This document shows, in pieces, positions 37,883 to 47,463 of a DNA stretch of 64,000 nt. The stretch spans positions 1,582,965 through 1,646,964 of the forward strand of contig OX638295.1 in assembly GCA_951812345.1 (NCBI GenBank). The letters are read 5' to 3'. The notes beneath the pieces are model-generated. The model saw nothing but the letters and a program-made list of their open reading frames with translations. It made no database searches and had not been told where the DNA came from. Source of the DNA: Rhodothermales bacterium. GTDB lineage: Bacteria; Bacteroidota; Rhodothermia; Rhodothermales; VXPQ01. Numbering within the stretch: the first letter of the stretch is position 1; the number at the start of each line of letters is the position of its first letter. The position numbers and the translations under genes were made by a program.

Positions 37883-38371
37883 TTAATCCATCGCAAACGG
37901 TGAATCCGGCTGGTCCTCATACCGGATATCATCCACCGGTTCGCATTTGCCCTCTCCTGCATAGAGCCGGTTCGGGCAATTCACGATCCAGGCGTCTTCC
38001 GCCCCCACGTTACGGTAGGCATGCACAACGCCGGGGGGCACAAGAATCGCCGCGGGGCGGTCTACGCCGAATTCTTCCCGGAAACGACATCCGAAAGAGG
38101 GGGAGTCGGAGCGCGTATCCCAGAGATACAGCCGGAAGGCGCCACTGAAAAAAAGAAACAGGTCCGTTTGCGCCACATGTTCGTGCGGGCCGCGAGCCAC
38201 CCCGGGGTGTGTCAGGGAAAGGTACCCCATACGGGGATGCAACCCCTCGGGCAGTTCGTCGCATCGGAAAAACTCGGCCAGCCAGCCGCGATCGTCTTCG
38301 TAAAACCGGAGCGGATGGATCTCGCAGTCGTTTATTTCGCCTTGCTTCCAGGTGGGAAATGACGTACTCAC
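37883..38371 (-). CDS. RmlC-like cupin (dTDP-4-dehydrorhamnose 3,5-epimerase family)
   Basis: 162 aa with a GTG start overlapping the upstream stop (GTGA). Motifs: F.DDRGWLAEFFR, RGPHEH, PPGVVHAY. Confidence 0.75.
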   Translation of the reverse strand: MSTSFPTWKQGEINDCEIHPLRFYEDDRGWLAEFFRCDELPEGLHPRMGYLSLTHPGVARGPHEHVAQTDLFLFFSGAFRLYLWDTRSDSPSFGCRFREEFGVDRPAAILVPPGVVHAYRNVGAEDAWIVNCPNRLYAGEGKCEPVDDIRYEDQPDSPFAMD

Positions 38372-39141
38372 TGCGTATTCAAGGATAGAAGTTCTTCATA
38401 AACGAGGTCCCGGGCTAACTCATTCGCCTCATACCAGCCATCGATCGTTCCTGCATCTCCCCACCAGCTGTTCAGTACACCCCAGGAAAGCCGACCGGCC
38501 CGGATATAGGCATTGCTCACGTCGCTGATTTCGTATTCTCCGCGTGCGCTTGGAGACAGTCCTGCAATCACATCAAACACTCCGGCATCGTAAAAATAGA
38601 GGCCGGTTACGCAGTAGTTACTCGGTGGAGCGGGGGGTTTTTCGATAATCTCGACAATCCGGTCGCCTTCGAAGCGAGGGACGCCATAGCGTTCCGGATC
38701 GGGCACTTTTTTCAATAGTACCCGAGCTCCCGTGCCATCCGCCGCCAGTTGGCGTCGAAATGCGGCTGCCTGCTCGCCAATATCTTCTCCGATGATATTG
38801 TCTCCAAGAATGACAAGCAGGGGATTGCCCGCCGTGAACGATGCACAGAGTGCAAGGGCCTGCGCAATACCGCCGGGTTCATCCTGCACACGAAAGGTCA
38901 GATCGAGCCCGAGATCGCGTCCGCTTCCCAGGAGATTCACTACATCCCCCATATGTTCAGGGCTTGTAACCACAGCCACTTCCTTAATACCTGCCCGGCG
39001 CATCCGCACCAACGGGTGAAAAATCATCGGATAGCGGCCTACCGGAAGCAAATGTTTGTTAGTAATCCTGGTCAGCGGATACAAACGGCTTCCCAGCCCA
39101 CCGGCTAACAGAACGCCTTTCATGGGTTGATCTGCGGGCAT
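38368..39141 (-). CDS. sugar-phosphate nucleotidyltransferase (short RmlA-like glucose-1-phosphate thymidylyltransferase)
   Basis: MKGVLLAGGLGSRLYPLTRITNKHLLPV..GIAQAL..LGDNI. The start is either ATG 39141 or ATG 39123. Confidence 0.85.
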   Translation of the reverse strand: MPADQPMKGVLLAGGLGSRLYPLTRITNKHLLPVGRYPMIFHPLVRMRRAGIKEVAVVTSPEHMGDVVNLLGSGRDLGLDLTFRVQDEPGGIAQALALCASFTAGNPLLVILGDNIIGEDIGEQAAAFRRQLAADGTGARVLLKKVPDPERYGVPRFEGDRIVEIIEKPPAPPSNYCVTGLYFYDAGVFDVIAGLSPSARGEYEISDVSNAYIRAGRLSWGVLNSWWGDAGTIDGWYEANELARDLVYEELLSLNTQ

Positions 39142-39167
39142 GTAATCAAGGGGTATGCCAGTATGGT

Positions 39168-40271
39168 TTACGTTCGGGCCACATACTGCTCGTTATACCA
39201 TGTGCGCCAGGATTCATCGAGAACAGCCTGTAACCAATCCTCATTCTCCAGATACCACGCAATAGTGGTATCGATTCCCTGCAGAAGATCGTGCCGGGGA
39301 CGCCAACCGAGTTCGCCTCGCAGTTTCGAGGTATCCATGGCATAGCGGTAATCGTGGCCGGGGCGGTCTTTTACGAAAGAGACGAGCGTTCTGGACGTGC
39401 CTTCCGGCCGATTCAATGCCCGGTCTACTCTGTCCAGCACCATATGTACGAGTTCAAGATTCGTGCGACAGGTTTCGCCGCCTACGCCATAGGTTTCCCC
39501 ATCGGCGCCCGAAAGAAGAATGGTTTCGAGGGCTTCGCAATGATCCTCCACGAAAAGCCAGTCGCGAATGTTTTCTCCCTTGCCGTAGATTGGAATCTCG
39601 TTTCCGTTCATGGCCCGGACAATAACGAGCGGCACGAGCTTCTCCGGGAATTGCCGGGGACCGTAATTGTTCGAACAGTTCGAAACGACAACCGGCAGAC
39701 CGTATGTTTGCCCCCAGGAGCGCGCAAAATGATCGGCAGAAGCTTTCGAAGCCGAATAGGGAGACCGTGGATCGTACGGCGTCGTTTCGGAAAAGAGGCC
39801 TTCCGGACCAAGGCTTCCGTATACTTCGTCTGTCGAGACGTGATGGAAACGATAGCGACCGGTCTGGAACTCGTCGGGGTTCCAGGCGGCTCGAGCCTCT
39901 TCCAGCAGGGTCGCCGTACCCAACACATTGGTTTGGATAAAGGATAGCGGAGCCAGAACGGACCGGTCTACATGACTCTCTGCAGCAAAATGCACCACGG
40001 TAGAAAAGGCATGCTCCCTGAACAGGTCGCCGACCATATCCCGGTCGGCGATGTCGCCGTGCGCAAAAACATAGTTTTTCGCCTTCTCGATAGGCGCAAG
40101 ATTCATAAGATTGCCTGCATACGTCAGGGAATCGAGGTTCACAAACCGTACTTTTGGATAGCGTGGCACCATCCTGAGCAGGAAGTTGGATCCGATAAAC
40201 CCGGCTCCCCCGGTAACCAGTACGGATCGGGGGACATGTTTATGAGGTGTTCGGAGAGCGTGCGGATCCAC
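39168..40271 (-). CDS. rfbB: dTDP-glucose 4,6-dehydratase
   Basis: VLVTGGAGFIGSNF..FAAESHVDRS..YSASKA..NCSNNYGPRQFPEKLVP. The start is uncertain. I prefer GTG 40271 because it leaves a 118-bp divergent spacer to polA. The track's ATG 40379 would leave only about 10 bp. Confidence 0.88.
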   Translation of the reverse strand: MDPHALRTPHKHVPRSVLVTGGAGFIGSNFLLRMVPRYPKVRFVNLDSLTYAGNLMNLAPIEKAKNYVFAHGDIADRDMVGDLFREHAFSTVVHFAAESHVDRSVLAPLSFIQTNVLGTATLLEEARAAWNPDEFQTGRYRFHHVSTDEVYGSLGPEGLFSETTPYDPRSPYSASKASADHFARSWGQTYGLPVVVSNCSNNYGPRQFPEKLVPLVIVRAMNGNEIPIYGKGENIRDWLFVEDHCEALETILLSGADGETYGVGGETCRTNLELVHMVLDRVDRALNRPEGTSRTLVSFVKDRPGHDYRYAMDTSKLRGELGWRPRHDLLQGIDTTIAWYLENEDWLQAVLDESWRTWYNEQYVART

Positions 40272-40389
40272 GAAAGGCGCAGGGAATGCATGGGCGAAGA
40301 ACGAAATGCATCGCCGGGCTTTATACAGTACGCGTCCGGCACGGTTTCGCGGCCGGGCGCTCTCCATGCAAGATAGCAAGGGGCTTGAT

Positions 40390-43242
40390 ATGGCTCAGGA
40401 AAACGGGACGAACACTCCGGGAAGCAACAGCCCGCTGTATCTGCTGGATGCTATGGCGCTGGCCTATCGCGCCCATTTTGCGTTTATCAACAGACCGCTG
40501 ATCAATTCGCGGGGGCAAAACACGTCAGCGGCATACGGCTTTACCAACACGCTGGTGAAACTGATCGAGGATCACGGAATCACGCATATGGCCGTGGTTT
40601 TCGATGTCGTAGGCCCCGGAGCAGGCACGTTCCGCGACGAACTGTTCGAGGAATACAAGGCAAACCGGAGTCCGATTCCTGAAGACCTTGCCGAAGCGCT
40701 TCCCTGCATCAAGGATATTGTGGAAGCTGCCGGCGTGACCGTTATCGAGGTCCCCGGAGTGGAAGCCGACGATGTGATCGGCACCCTGGCGCGCCTTGCC
40801 GCCAAAGAGGGAACCGATGTAGTGATTGTGTCTCCCGACAAGGATTTCCAGCAACTTCTCGACGAGCGTATCTCTATGTTCCGCCCCGCTCGCCGGGGGG
40901 AAGCCTTCGATCCTGTCACCGCGGATACGTTCCGGGAAAAATACGGACTTCCGCCGATCCGGTTCATCGACCTGCTCGCACTGATGGGAGATGCCAGTGA
41001 CAATGTGCCGGGGGTACAGGGTATTGGCGAAAAAACGGCAGGGGCATTGATCCGGGAGTATGGCTCTGTGGAAACGCTCCTCGAGCACGCGGAGGAAGTG
41101 AAAGGCAAGCGTGCTCGCGAAGGCTTGCTTGCCCACCGCGAAGAAGCCCTGCTCAGCAAGCAGTTGGTCACCATCAAGACGGATGTGGCGCTTGACGTAA
41201 CGCCGGCGCAACTCGTGCGATCCTCGCCGGACCGCGAAGCATTGCTTTCCCTGTTCAACGACCTCCAGTTCAATACACTTTTCCGTAAAGTGAAGACCGG
41301 AACGTTTGCGCAGATTGGGGAAAAGCCTGCGCAAACCGGAGAAGAGCAGCATACCGCAGCGGACGTTCCGGAAACGCAGAGGGAGGAAGCGCCCCGCCCC
41401 ACGTTTTTTTCCGGAGAATCGGTCGGGGCTTCCGATCTGGTATCGTACGACCCGGAAACGGTGACCTACCGGCTTATAGGCGACACGGAAGCCTTGCAGG
41501 CCGTCGTTGAGGAATTACAGGCGGTGGACCGGTTCGCCTTCGATACGGAAACCACCTCGGTCGATCCGATGTGGGCGTCTCTTGTGGGCATTTCTTTTTC
41601 GCAAGAGGCCGGAAAAGCCTGCTATATCCCAACGCCCCTGCCGGATGGAACATCCACGGCAGCTGTCCTCGCCCTTCTTGAACCAATCCTCCGCGGCAAT
41701 GCGCTCAAAATCGGGCAGAACGTCAAGTATGACATCATAACGCTGGAGCGGCATGGAGTACGTACAGAAGGCCCGTTCTTCGATACGATGGTGGCGCATT
41801 ACCTGTTGTCCCCTGAAGAGCCGCATGGCCTCGATTCGCTGGCGCTGAAATTTCTGCGCTATAAGACCATTCCGATCGAGGAACTCATCGGAACGGGGAA
41901 GAATCAGCTCTCGATGCGGGACGTGCCTCCCGACAAAACATGTCCATACGCCTGCGAGGATGCCGACATCACCTTGCGTTTGGCGGATACGCTTGCCGTA
42001 CGGCTCAAGGAAGATGACTTGCTGGAGATTGCGGAACAGATCGAGTTTCCTCTTCTGCGCGTGCTGGCGGACATGGAAATGACCGGCATCCGGGTCGATC
42101 CGGATATGCTGGCGGCGCTCTCCGAAGAGATGGGCGCCCACATTCGCGATCTTGAGGAGAAAATCCACAAAGAGGCGGGGGAACCTTTCAATATCGGTTC
42201 CCCGCGCCAACTCGGCGGTATTCTGTTTGAGAAATTGAACCTGCCGATCGTGTCAAGAACATCCACAGGCGCCCCTTCCACCAAAGAAGATGTACTGGAG
42301 ACCCTTGCAGCGAGGCACCCCCTGCCGGCACTGGTTCTGGAATGGCGCAAGTTTTCCAAGTTGAAAAGCACCTATGTCGACAGCCTCGGCAAGTTGATCC
42401 ATTCCGACACCGGCCGCATTCACACCAATTACAACCAGACCGTGGCAGCCACAGGAAGACTTTCCTCGGCGGGCCCAAACCTGCAAAACATTCCAATCCG
42501 AACAGACAAGGGCAAGGAGATTCGCAAGGCGTTCGTCGCCAAAAAGGGGTGGAAGTTGCTTTCATCCGACTACGTACAGATTGAACTCCGTATCCTGGCT
42601 TCCATGAGCGGGGACAAGGCGCTCAGCGAAGCATTTCGGCAGAAGAAAGATGTGCATAGAGCCGTAGCAGCAATGATATATAATGTTTTACCTGAAGAAA
42701 TACATGAAGATCAGCGCCGCAAGGCAAAAGAAGTGAATTACGGCATTCCCTACGGCATTTCCGCATGGGGCCTGGCTCAGCGGCTGAGGTGTCAGGTCGG
42801 AGAAGCCCAGGAGTTGATTGACAGCTATCTGAAGACGCATCCTGCGGTCACAGCCCATATCAACAGGGTCGTCGAAGAAGCACGTGAAAAGGGATGCGTT
42901 CGAACGATTCTCGGCCGCCGACGTTTTGTGCCGAATATCAATTCGCGCAACCGAACCCAGCGATCTTTTTCCGAGCGCGTTGCCGTGAACATGCCGATCC
43001 AGGGATCACAGGCCGATATGATCAAGATCGCCATGGTGCATATAGCCCGCAGGCTGAAGCGGGAAGGCCTCGCGGCGCGTATGTTGCTGCAGGTGCATGA
43101 TGAACTCGTCCTTGAAATGCCGCCGGAGGAAATCGACGCGGTACGGGCAATAGTTCGCCAGGAAATGGAATCGGCGCTTTCGCTCGATGTGCCCATTGAA
43201 GTACATATGGATACAGGGGACAATTGGCTCGACGCACATTGA
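40390..43242 (+). CDS. polA: DNA polymerase I
   Basis: ATG 40390 (ATG 40366 is an alternative). It has the 5'-nuclease domain (LLDAMALAYRAHFA), the 3'-5' exonuclease domain (FAFDTETTS) and pol motifs (DYSQIELR-like SSDYVQIELRILA, QVHDELV). Confidence 0.97.
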   Translation: MAQENGTNTPGSNSPLYLLDAMALAYRAHFAFINRPLINSRGQNTSAAYGFTNTLVKLIEDHGITHMAVVFDVVGPGAGTFRDELFEEYKANRSPIPEDLAEALPCIKDIVEAAGVTVIEVPGVEADDVIGTLARLAAKEGTDVVIVSPDKDFQQLLDERISMFRPARRGEAFDPVTADTFREKYGLPPIRFIDLLALMGDASDNVPGVQGIGEKTAGALIREYGSVETLLEHAEEVKGKRAREGLLAHREEALLSKQLVTIKTDVALDVTPAQLVRSSPDREALLSLFNDLQFNTLFRKVKTGTFAQIGEKPAQTGEEQHTAADVPETQREEAPRPTFFSGESVGASDLVSYDPETVTYRLIGDTEALQAVVEELQAVDRFAFDTETTSVDPMWASLVGISFSQEAGKACYIPTPLPDGTSTAAVLALLEPILRGNALKIGQNVKYDIITLERHGVRTEGPFFDTMVAHYLLSPEEPHGLDSLALKFLRYKTIPIEELIGTGKNQLSMRDVPPDKTCPYACEDADITLRLADTLAVRLKEDDLLEIAEQIEFPLLRVLADMEMTGIRVDPDMLAALSEEMGAHIRDLEEKIHKEAGEPFNIGSPRQLGGILFEKLNLPIVSRTSTGAPSTKEDVLETLAARHPLPALVLEWRKFSKLKSTYVDSLGKLIHSDTGRIHTNYNQTVAATGRLSSAGPNLQNIPIRTDKGKEIRKAFVAKKGWKLLSSDYVQIELRILASMSGDKALSEAFRQKKDVHRAVAAMIYNVLPEEIHEDQRRKAKEVNYGIPYGISAWGLAQRLRCQVGEAQELIDSYLKTHPAVTAHINRVVEEAREKGCVRTILGRRRFVPNINSRNRTQRSFSERVAVNMPIQGSQADMIKIAMVHIARRLKREGLAARMLLQVHDELVLEMPPEEIDAVRAIVRQEMESALSLDVPIEVHMDTGDNWLDAH

Positions 43243-44534
43243 TGGACATACCAAAAGGTTTCTCATTCGAGGAGGCCTCGGGGGGCGTTGAGGCATACCG
43301 TCTGGAGGATAACGGCTTGCAGGCGTTACTGCTTCAGGACGCCACGGCTCCCGTCGCAACATTCATGATTACCTACCGGGTAGGCAGTCGCCACGAGCCG
43401 GAGGGCCTCACCGGAGCTTGTCACTTTCTCGAACACCTGATGTTCAAGGGATCGGCCCGATTCAACAAGCAGGCCGGCACGTCTGTGTTCAACGTGTTGC
43501 AGCGCGTGGGGGCCCGCGTCAACGCCACCACCTGGCTGGACCGGACGAACTACTACGAGATGCTCCCCGGGGAATACCTCCCTCTTGCCGTGGAAATAGA
43601 GGCGGATCGTATGCGGGGGGCTTTGCTGCAGGATGAGGACATGGAACGGGAGCGCACCGTGATCCTGAACGAGTTGGATCGGGGAGAAAACGATTCGATC
43701 CGTAAGCTTTTCCATGCGGTATGGGCTGCTGCCTTCACAGTACACCCCTACCATCATCCCGTGATAGGGTGGAGAGGCGATGTAGAGCGCCTGACGCCCG
43801 ATGGGTTACGGCATTTCTACGATACATACTACCGGCCCGACAATGCGACGGTCAGTATCATCGGAGATTTTGACAAAACGGAGGCACTGGGGCTTGTGCA
43901 TCGCCATTTTGGCCAAATAGCGAGCCCGGAAGAGGCCTTGCCCACCATGCATGTGTGTGAACCGGCCCAGGAGGAAGAGCGCCGCGTGGTCGTACGTCAG
44001 GCGGGTTGGCAAGGGGCCGTCATGGTCGCCTGGAAATCGCCTCGCGGGCTGGAGGCGGACACGGATGCGCTCGATATGCTTTCCGCCATTCTTTCCGCCG
44101 GCAAGAACGGTCGCCTGTATCGCCGATTGACAGACACTGGGCTCACGACCAGCGCCTGGGGAGGTATTTCCCGATTTTGCGACCCGGGTCTCGCGTATGT
44201 TTTTGCAAGGCCGGCCCCGGACAAAACCCACGAGGAAGTCGAAGCCGCCATTCATGCGACGATCGACGAGATCAAAGAAAACGGAATCACGGAAGAGGAA
44301 CTCCAGCGAGCCCGAAACCAGCGCAAGGCGCAAGCCGCTTTTAGCCGGGACGGTTCGTTTTCGGCCGCTGCAGAACTCAACGAGGCCATTGCTGCCGGAG
44401 ACTGGAAGATATACACCACGATGCAGGACCGCATCCATCAGGTAACCGGAAAACACATACAGCGTGTCGCACGGAAGTATTTCGTGGAGAACGCCTGTAC
44501 GACGGGATATTACATACCTGGATACCCTGACTGA
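43242..44534 (+). CDS. M16 (pitrilysin) family zinc peptidase, active-site subunit
   Basis: ATG 43242 overlaps the polA stop (TGATG). It carries the inverted zinc motif HFLEHLMFKG. Confidence 0.9.
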   Translation: MDIPKGFSFEEASGGVEAYRLEDNGLQALLLQDATAPVATFMITYRVGSRHEPEGLTGACHFLEHLMFKGSARFNKQAGTSVFNVLQRVGARVNATTWLDRTNYYEMLPGEYLPLAVEIEADRMRGALLQDEDMERERTVILNELDRGENDSIRKLFHAVWAAAFTVHPYHHPVIGWRGDVERLTPDGLRHFYDTYYRPDNATVSIIGDFDKTEALGLVHRHFGQIASPEEALPTMHVCEPAQEEERRVVVRQAGWQGAVMVAWKSPRGLEADTDALDMLSAILSAGKNGRLYRRLTDTGLTTSAWGGISRFCDPGLAYVFARPAPDKTHEEVEAAIHATIDEIKENGITEEELQRARNQRKAQAAFSRDGSFSAAAELNEAIAAGDWKIYTTMQDRIHQVTGKHIQRVARKYFVENACTTGYYIPGYPD

Positions 44535-44545
44535 GAGGCCGCGTC

Positions 44546-45865
44546 ATGAATGTTTCCCCGCAGAGACAGGCCCGTACGCCGTCCTTCGCCGAGCGTGTTT
44601 CCGAGCGCCTCATCGGCCCCTGCCGGCTCATCATGTTGCGTACGCCGATCCAAAATGTCGTAACGTGGTGCGGCTCGTTCCATAGCGCTCCGGATATGGG
44701 CAACAAAGAAGAGTTGCTCCTGCAGCATCTGGTCGTATCCATGCTGGACAAGGGCGCCGGGACACTGGATCGATTTGCCGTGGCCGAAATATTGGAAGAC
44801 AAGGGGGCGGAGCTGGCATTTTCGTCAGACGTTCTTCGTATCGATTTTTCGGGACGCGCTCTGAAAAAAGACGTTACGGAAGTGCTGGGTCTGACTGCTT
44901 TGCAATTGCGGGAACCCTTGCTGGCTGAGGAAGAACTGGCCAAAGCAAAAGACAGGATATCGGCATCCATCAAGCGTTCGATGGAAAGCACGAGCGCTCA
45001 GGCGTCCGGGGCGCTGCGGCGGCGGATATACGGGGTTTCGCACCCTAACTATATAGAGGAATTCGAAGAGCGGTTGGAGCAGTTGCAACGCCTCTCGATA
45101 GACGATGTCCGGGCGTATCATGCCGCACATTTCGGCGCCAATGCATGTACGCTCGTGGTCACAGGAGATGTGGACGAGAACGCAGTGAACGAAGCGGTGG
45201 AAAACCACTTTGCGGGATGGCCGTCCCACGAGGCGTCCCCGCGCTTCGCAGAGACGCCGGAAGAACACGCCCCCGGCGTGTCCACCGTTGCCATCCCCGA
45301 TAAGGAAAATGTGGATGTACGCCTCGGACACGCCCTTGCGATACGGCGGAACGATCCTGATTACATTCCGGCCTTTCTTGGCAATTTTGCGCTGGGCGGA
45401 AATTTCTCGGCGCGACTAATGCAGACGATTCGCGACGAAATGGGTCTGACGTACGGCATCGGCGCCTCCCTGTCCGGCGTTTCCACGGAATACGACGGGC
45501 ACTGGCAAGTGGCGGTAACCCTGTCGAAGGAATATGTACAACGGGGGGTCGAGGAAACCGTCAAACAAATTCGTCGCTTTGTCGCCGGCGGCGTGACTCC
45601 GGAAGAACTCCAGGAGAAGAAAACCACGGTAACGGGAGCGTTCAAGGTAGGGCTTTCCACTACATTCGGGCTGGCGAAGACACTTCTCAGCAATGTGGAA
45701 CAGGGATTCGAGATAGCGTATCTCGACGAATTTCCGGATAGAGTGGAGAGCGTTTCGGTGGACGAAGTCAATCGAGCGATCGCACAGGTATTCGTCCCCA
45801 ACGCATTGCACGTCACGCTGGCCGGAAACGTCCGGGAAGGGGATGTTAAGCGCGCCTGCCCATAG
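44546..45865 (+). CDS. M16 family peptidase-like protein (no HxxEH; probable non-catalytic partner)
   Basis: 439 aa, located 11 nt after the first M16 gene. It has the M16 C-terminal-type fold signatures but lacks the zinc motif. Confidence 0.8.
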   Translation: MNVSPQRQARTPSFAERVSERLIGPCRLIMLRTPIQNVVTWCGSFHSAPDMGNKEELLLQHLVVSMLDKGAGTLDRFAVAEILEDKGAELAFSSDVLRIDFSGRALKKDVTEVLGLTALQLREPLLAEEELAKAKDRISASIKRSMESTSAQASGALRRRIYGVSHPNYIEEFEERLEQLQRLSIDDVRAYHAAHFGANACTLVVTGDVDENAVNEAVENHFAGWPSHEASPRFAETPEEHAPGVSTVAIPDKENVDVRLGHALAIRRNDPDYIPAFLGNFALGGNFSARLMQTIRDEMGLTYGIGASLSGVSTEYDGHWQVAVTLSKEYVQRGVEETVKQIRRFVAGGVTPEELQEKKTTVTGAFKVGLSTTFGLAKTLLSNVEQGFEIAYLDEFPDRVESVSVDEVNRAIAQVFVPNALHVTLAGNVREGDVKRACP

Positions 45866-45988
45866 GCCGCATTCCTGGGCGGCTTATGCCGCCTAATTAT
45901 GCGTGAGGCGTTCTACGCCGACGTCGATCCGGTCGACGCGGCGGCGTCAATTTGCCGGCGTTTTACACGGGCGCAGGGGTGACGCCCA

Positions 45989-46567
45989 TCAGGTCTTGTC
46001 CACTGCCGGAGAAACGCCCTTTTGCCCGGTGACGACCTTGTCCGGGCTCGGCAAAATAAGAGCGAGCAGCACGTAGGCAATAATCGCAGGAGGGCCGCTG
46101 GAAAAGATCAGAACGAGCACGAATGCTATGCGAACCAGCGTAGGATCCAGGTCGAAATACTCCGCAATGCCGGCAGCGACCCCTGCAATTTTTTTGTCGC
46201 GGGACTTCACAAGCTGTTTTTTCACGCCTTTTGCCCTGGGTTTTGTTTTACTCGGCTTCGGTGCTTTGTATTTCCTCCGGGGGCGCCATGACAGCACGCC
46301 AAAACCCAGAAGGATAATCAGAATGCCTGCCATCCAGGGAAGCATCTCGGCAAGGGCGCGAACACCATACCCTTGCCAGATACCTATTTCCTGAACGATA
46401 TAGATGGCGCCCACAAGAATAAGGGAAAGCCCGGCTATCATGGGCAGATTCCAGAACGGTTTGCTCCCCGTATCGCTTTCCTCGAACAGGAAGCGTTCCA
46501 TTTCTTCTTCCGATAGCGTTTCGGGATCCGTAGGTTGGGGTTCTTCTTCAGGCATATCCTTGAGCAT
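45989..46567 (-). CDS. PspC-domain membrane protein
   Basis: The C-terminal KKIAGVAAGIAEYFDLDPTLVRIAFVL is the PspC domain. The N-terminus is acidic and there is one additional TM segment. Confidence 0.8.
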   Translation of the reverse strand: MLKDMPEEEPQPTDPETLSEEEMERFLFEESDTGSKPFWNLPMIAGLSLILVGAIYIVQEIGIWQGYGVRALAEMLPWMAGILIILLGFGVLSWRPRRKYKAPKPSKTKPRAKGVKKQLVKSRDKKIAGVAAGIAEYFDLDPTLVRIAFVLVLIFSSGPPAIIAYVLLALILPSPDKVVTGQKGVSPAVDKT

Positions 46568-46649
46568 TAGGCAGGCGGGTTAGCAGGTTAGCGGTCACTG
46601 GCCGGGGCCGGATACTGCGACTACGTATACGTAACAAAACCGCCCAAGG

Positions 46650-47252
46650 TTACACTGGGTCTTCCGTCCGGAGAACCTGTTCTTCTGTGACAAGGATGTC
46701 CATACGAATATCATGCGGCTCGGAGGAAATGGAATCAATCAGGCAGGCCTGATAGGTTACGCCGATCCGGACAGCCTGAATATCTTGCAGAAAGGTATCA
46801 TAGTACCCTTTTCCATACCCGATCCGATGCCCATCCCGTGCACCCCCGAGCATGGGGACAATAACCGTATCAATGCGGTGAGACGGCGCCTGCTCGCTGC
46901 CTGCGGGTCTGGGAATCCCCCAGGGAGGTTCCAGAGAGGGTTCTTCCCCCGTATATCGCACAGCATACATGGACGGGACACCGATATCCGGGACCACGGG
47001 AAGGGCAATCTCCACGCCTTGTTCCCGGAGTCGGGTAATCAGCGAACGAATGTCCGGTTCGTGCCGCCTGGTCATAGGCCAGTATACATGAACGAGCCTG
47101 GCGCGGCCGATTTCAGGAAGCGCAAGGATCCGCTCGACTATAGCGGCGCTCCGACGTGCATAGTCGCCTTCCGTCAAGTTCCGCCGGTAGGTACGGAACT
47201 GCTTTCGCAGCCTCAATTTTTCGTTCGCTGCCTTGTCGGAGTAGGGGATCAT
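46650..47252 (-). CDS. 5-formyltetrahydrofolate cyclo-ligase
   Basis: 200 aa: K..LR......R..L, and the C-terminal HRIGYGKGYYD motif. Confidence 0.85.
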   Translation of the reverse strand: MIPYSDKAANEKLRLRKQFRTYRRNLTEGDYARRSAAIVERILALPEIGRARLVHVYWPMTRRHEPDIRSLITRLREQGVEIALPVVPDIGVPSMYAVRYTGEEPSLEPPWGIPRPAGSEQAPSHRIDTVIVPMLGGARDGHRIGYGKGYYDTFLQDIQAVRIGVTYQACLIDSISSEPHDIRMDILVTEEQVLRTEDPV

Positions 47253-47463
47253 GTGTACAGGGCAGGCGTAGGGAAGGATTTGATGGGGATTTCAGACAAG
47301 GAGCGGCGTTCTCGTGGTTGATCCGGGTTTCCGGATTTCATATCTTAACAGGCTTATTAAAAATAAACAAGAGTTCGGGTTTCATCGTTCGTCCGTCTCC
47401 GGAATAGCGTGATGAAAACCTTCTTCTGTATGCACAAGCCATTGTTGTGTAGCACACATCGTC

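Noticed and set aside
38378-38392. AAGGATAGAAG resembling the element terminus and the 2089-2099 junction
   Set aside because: It lies inside coding sequence (the ..EELLSLNTQ* end of the RmlA-like gene) and shares only about 8 nt. This is consistent with chance.
47253-47463. Possible 6S RNA upstream of the 5-formyl-THF cyclo-ligase gene, given the known ssrS-ygfA linkage in other bacteria
   Set aside because: The spacer is only 211 bp and must also hold the ffh promoter. It is AT-rich. I could find only a short hairpin (ATCCGGGTTTCCGGAT, 47321-47336), not the long closing stem plus central bubble expected of 6S. Only a covariance-model scan (Rfam 6S) could settle it.
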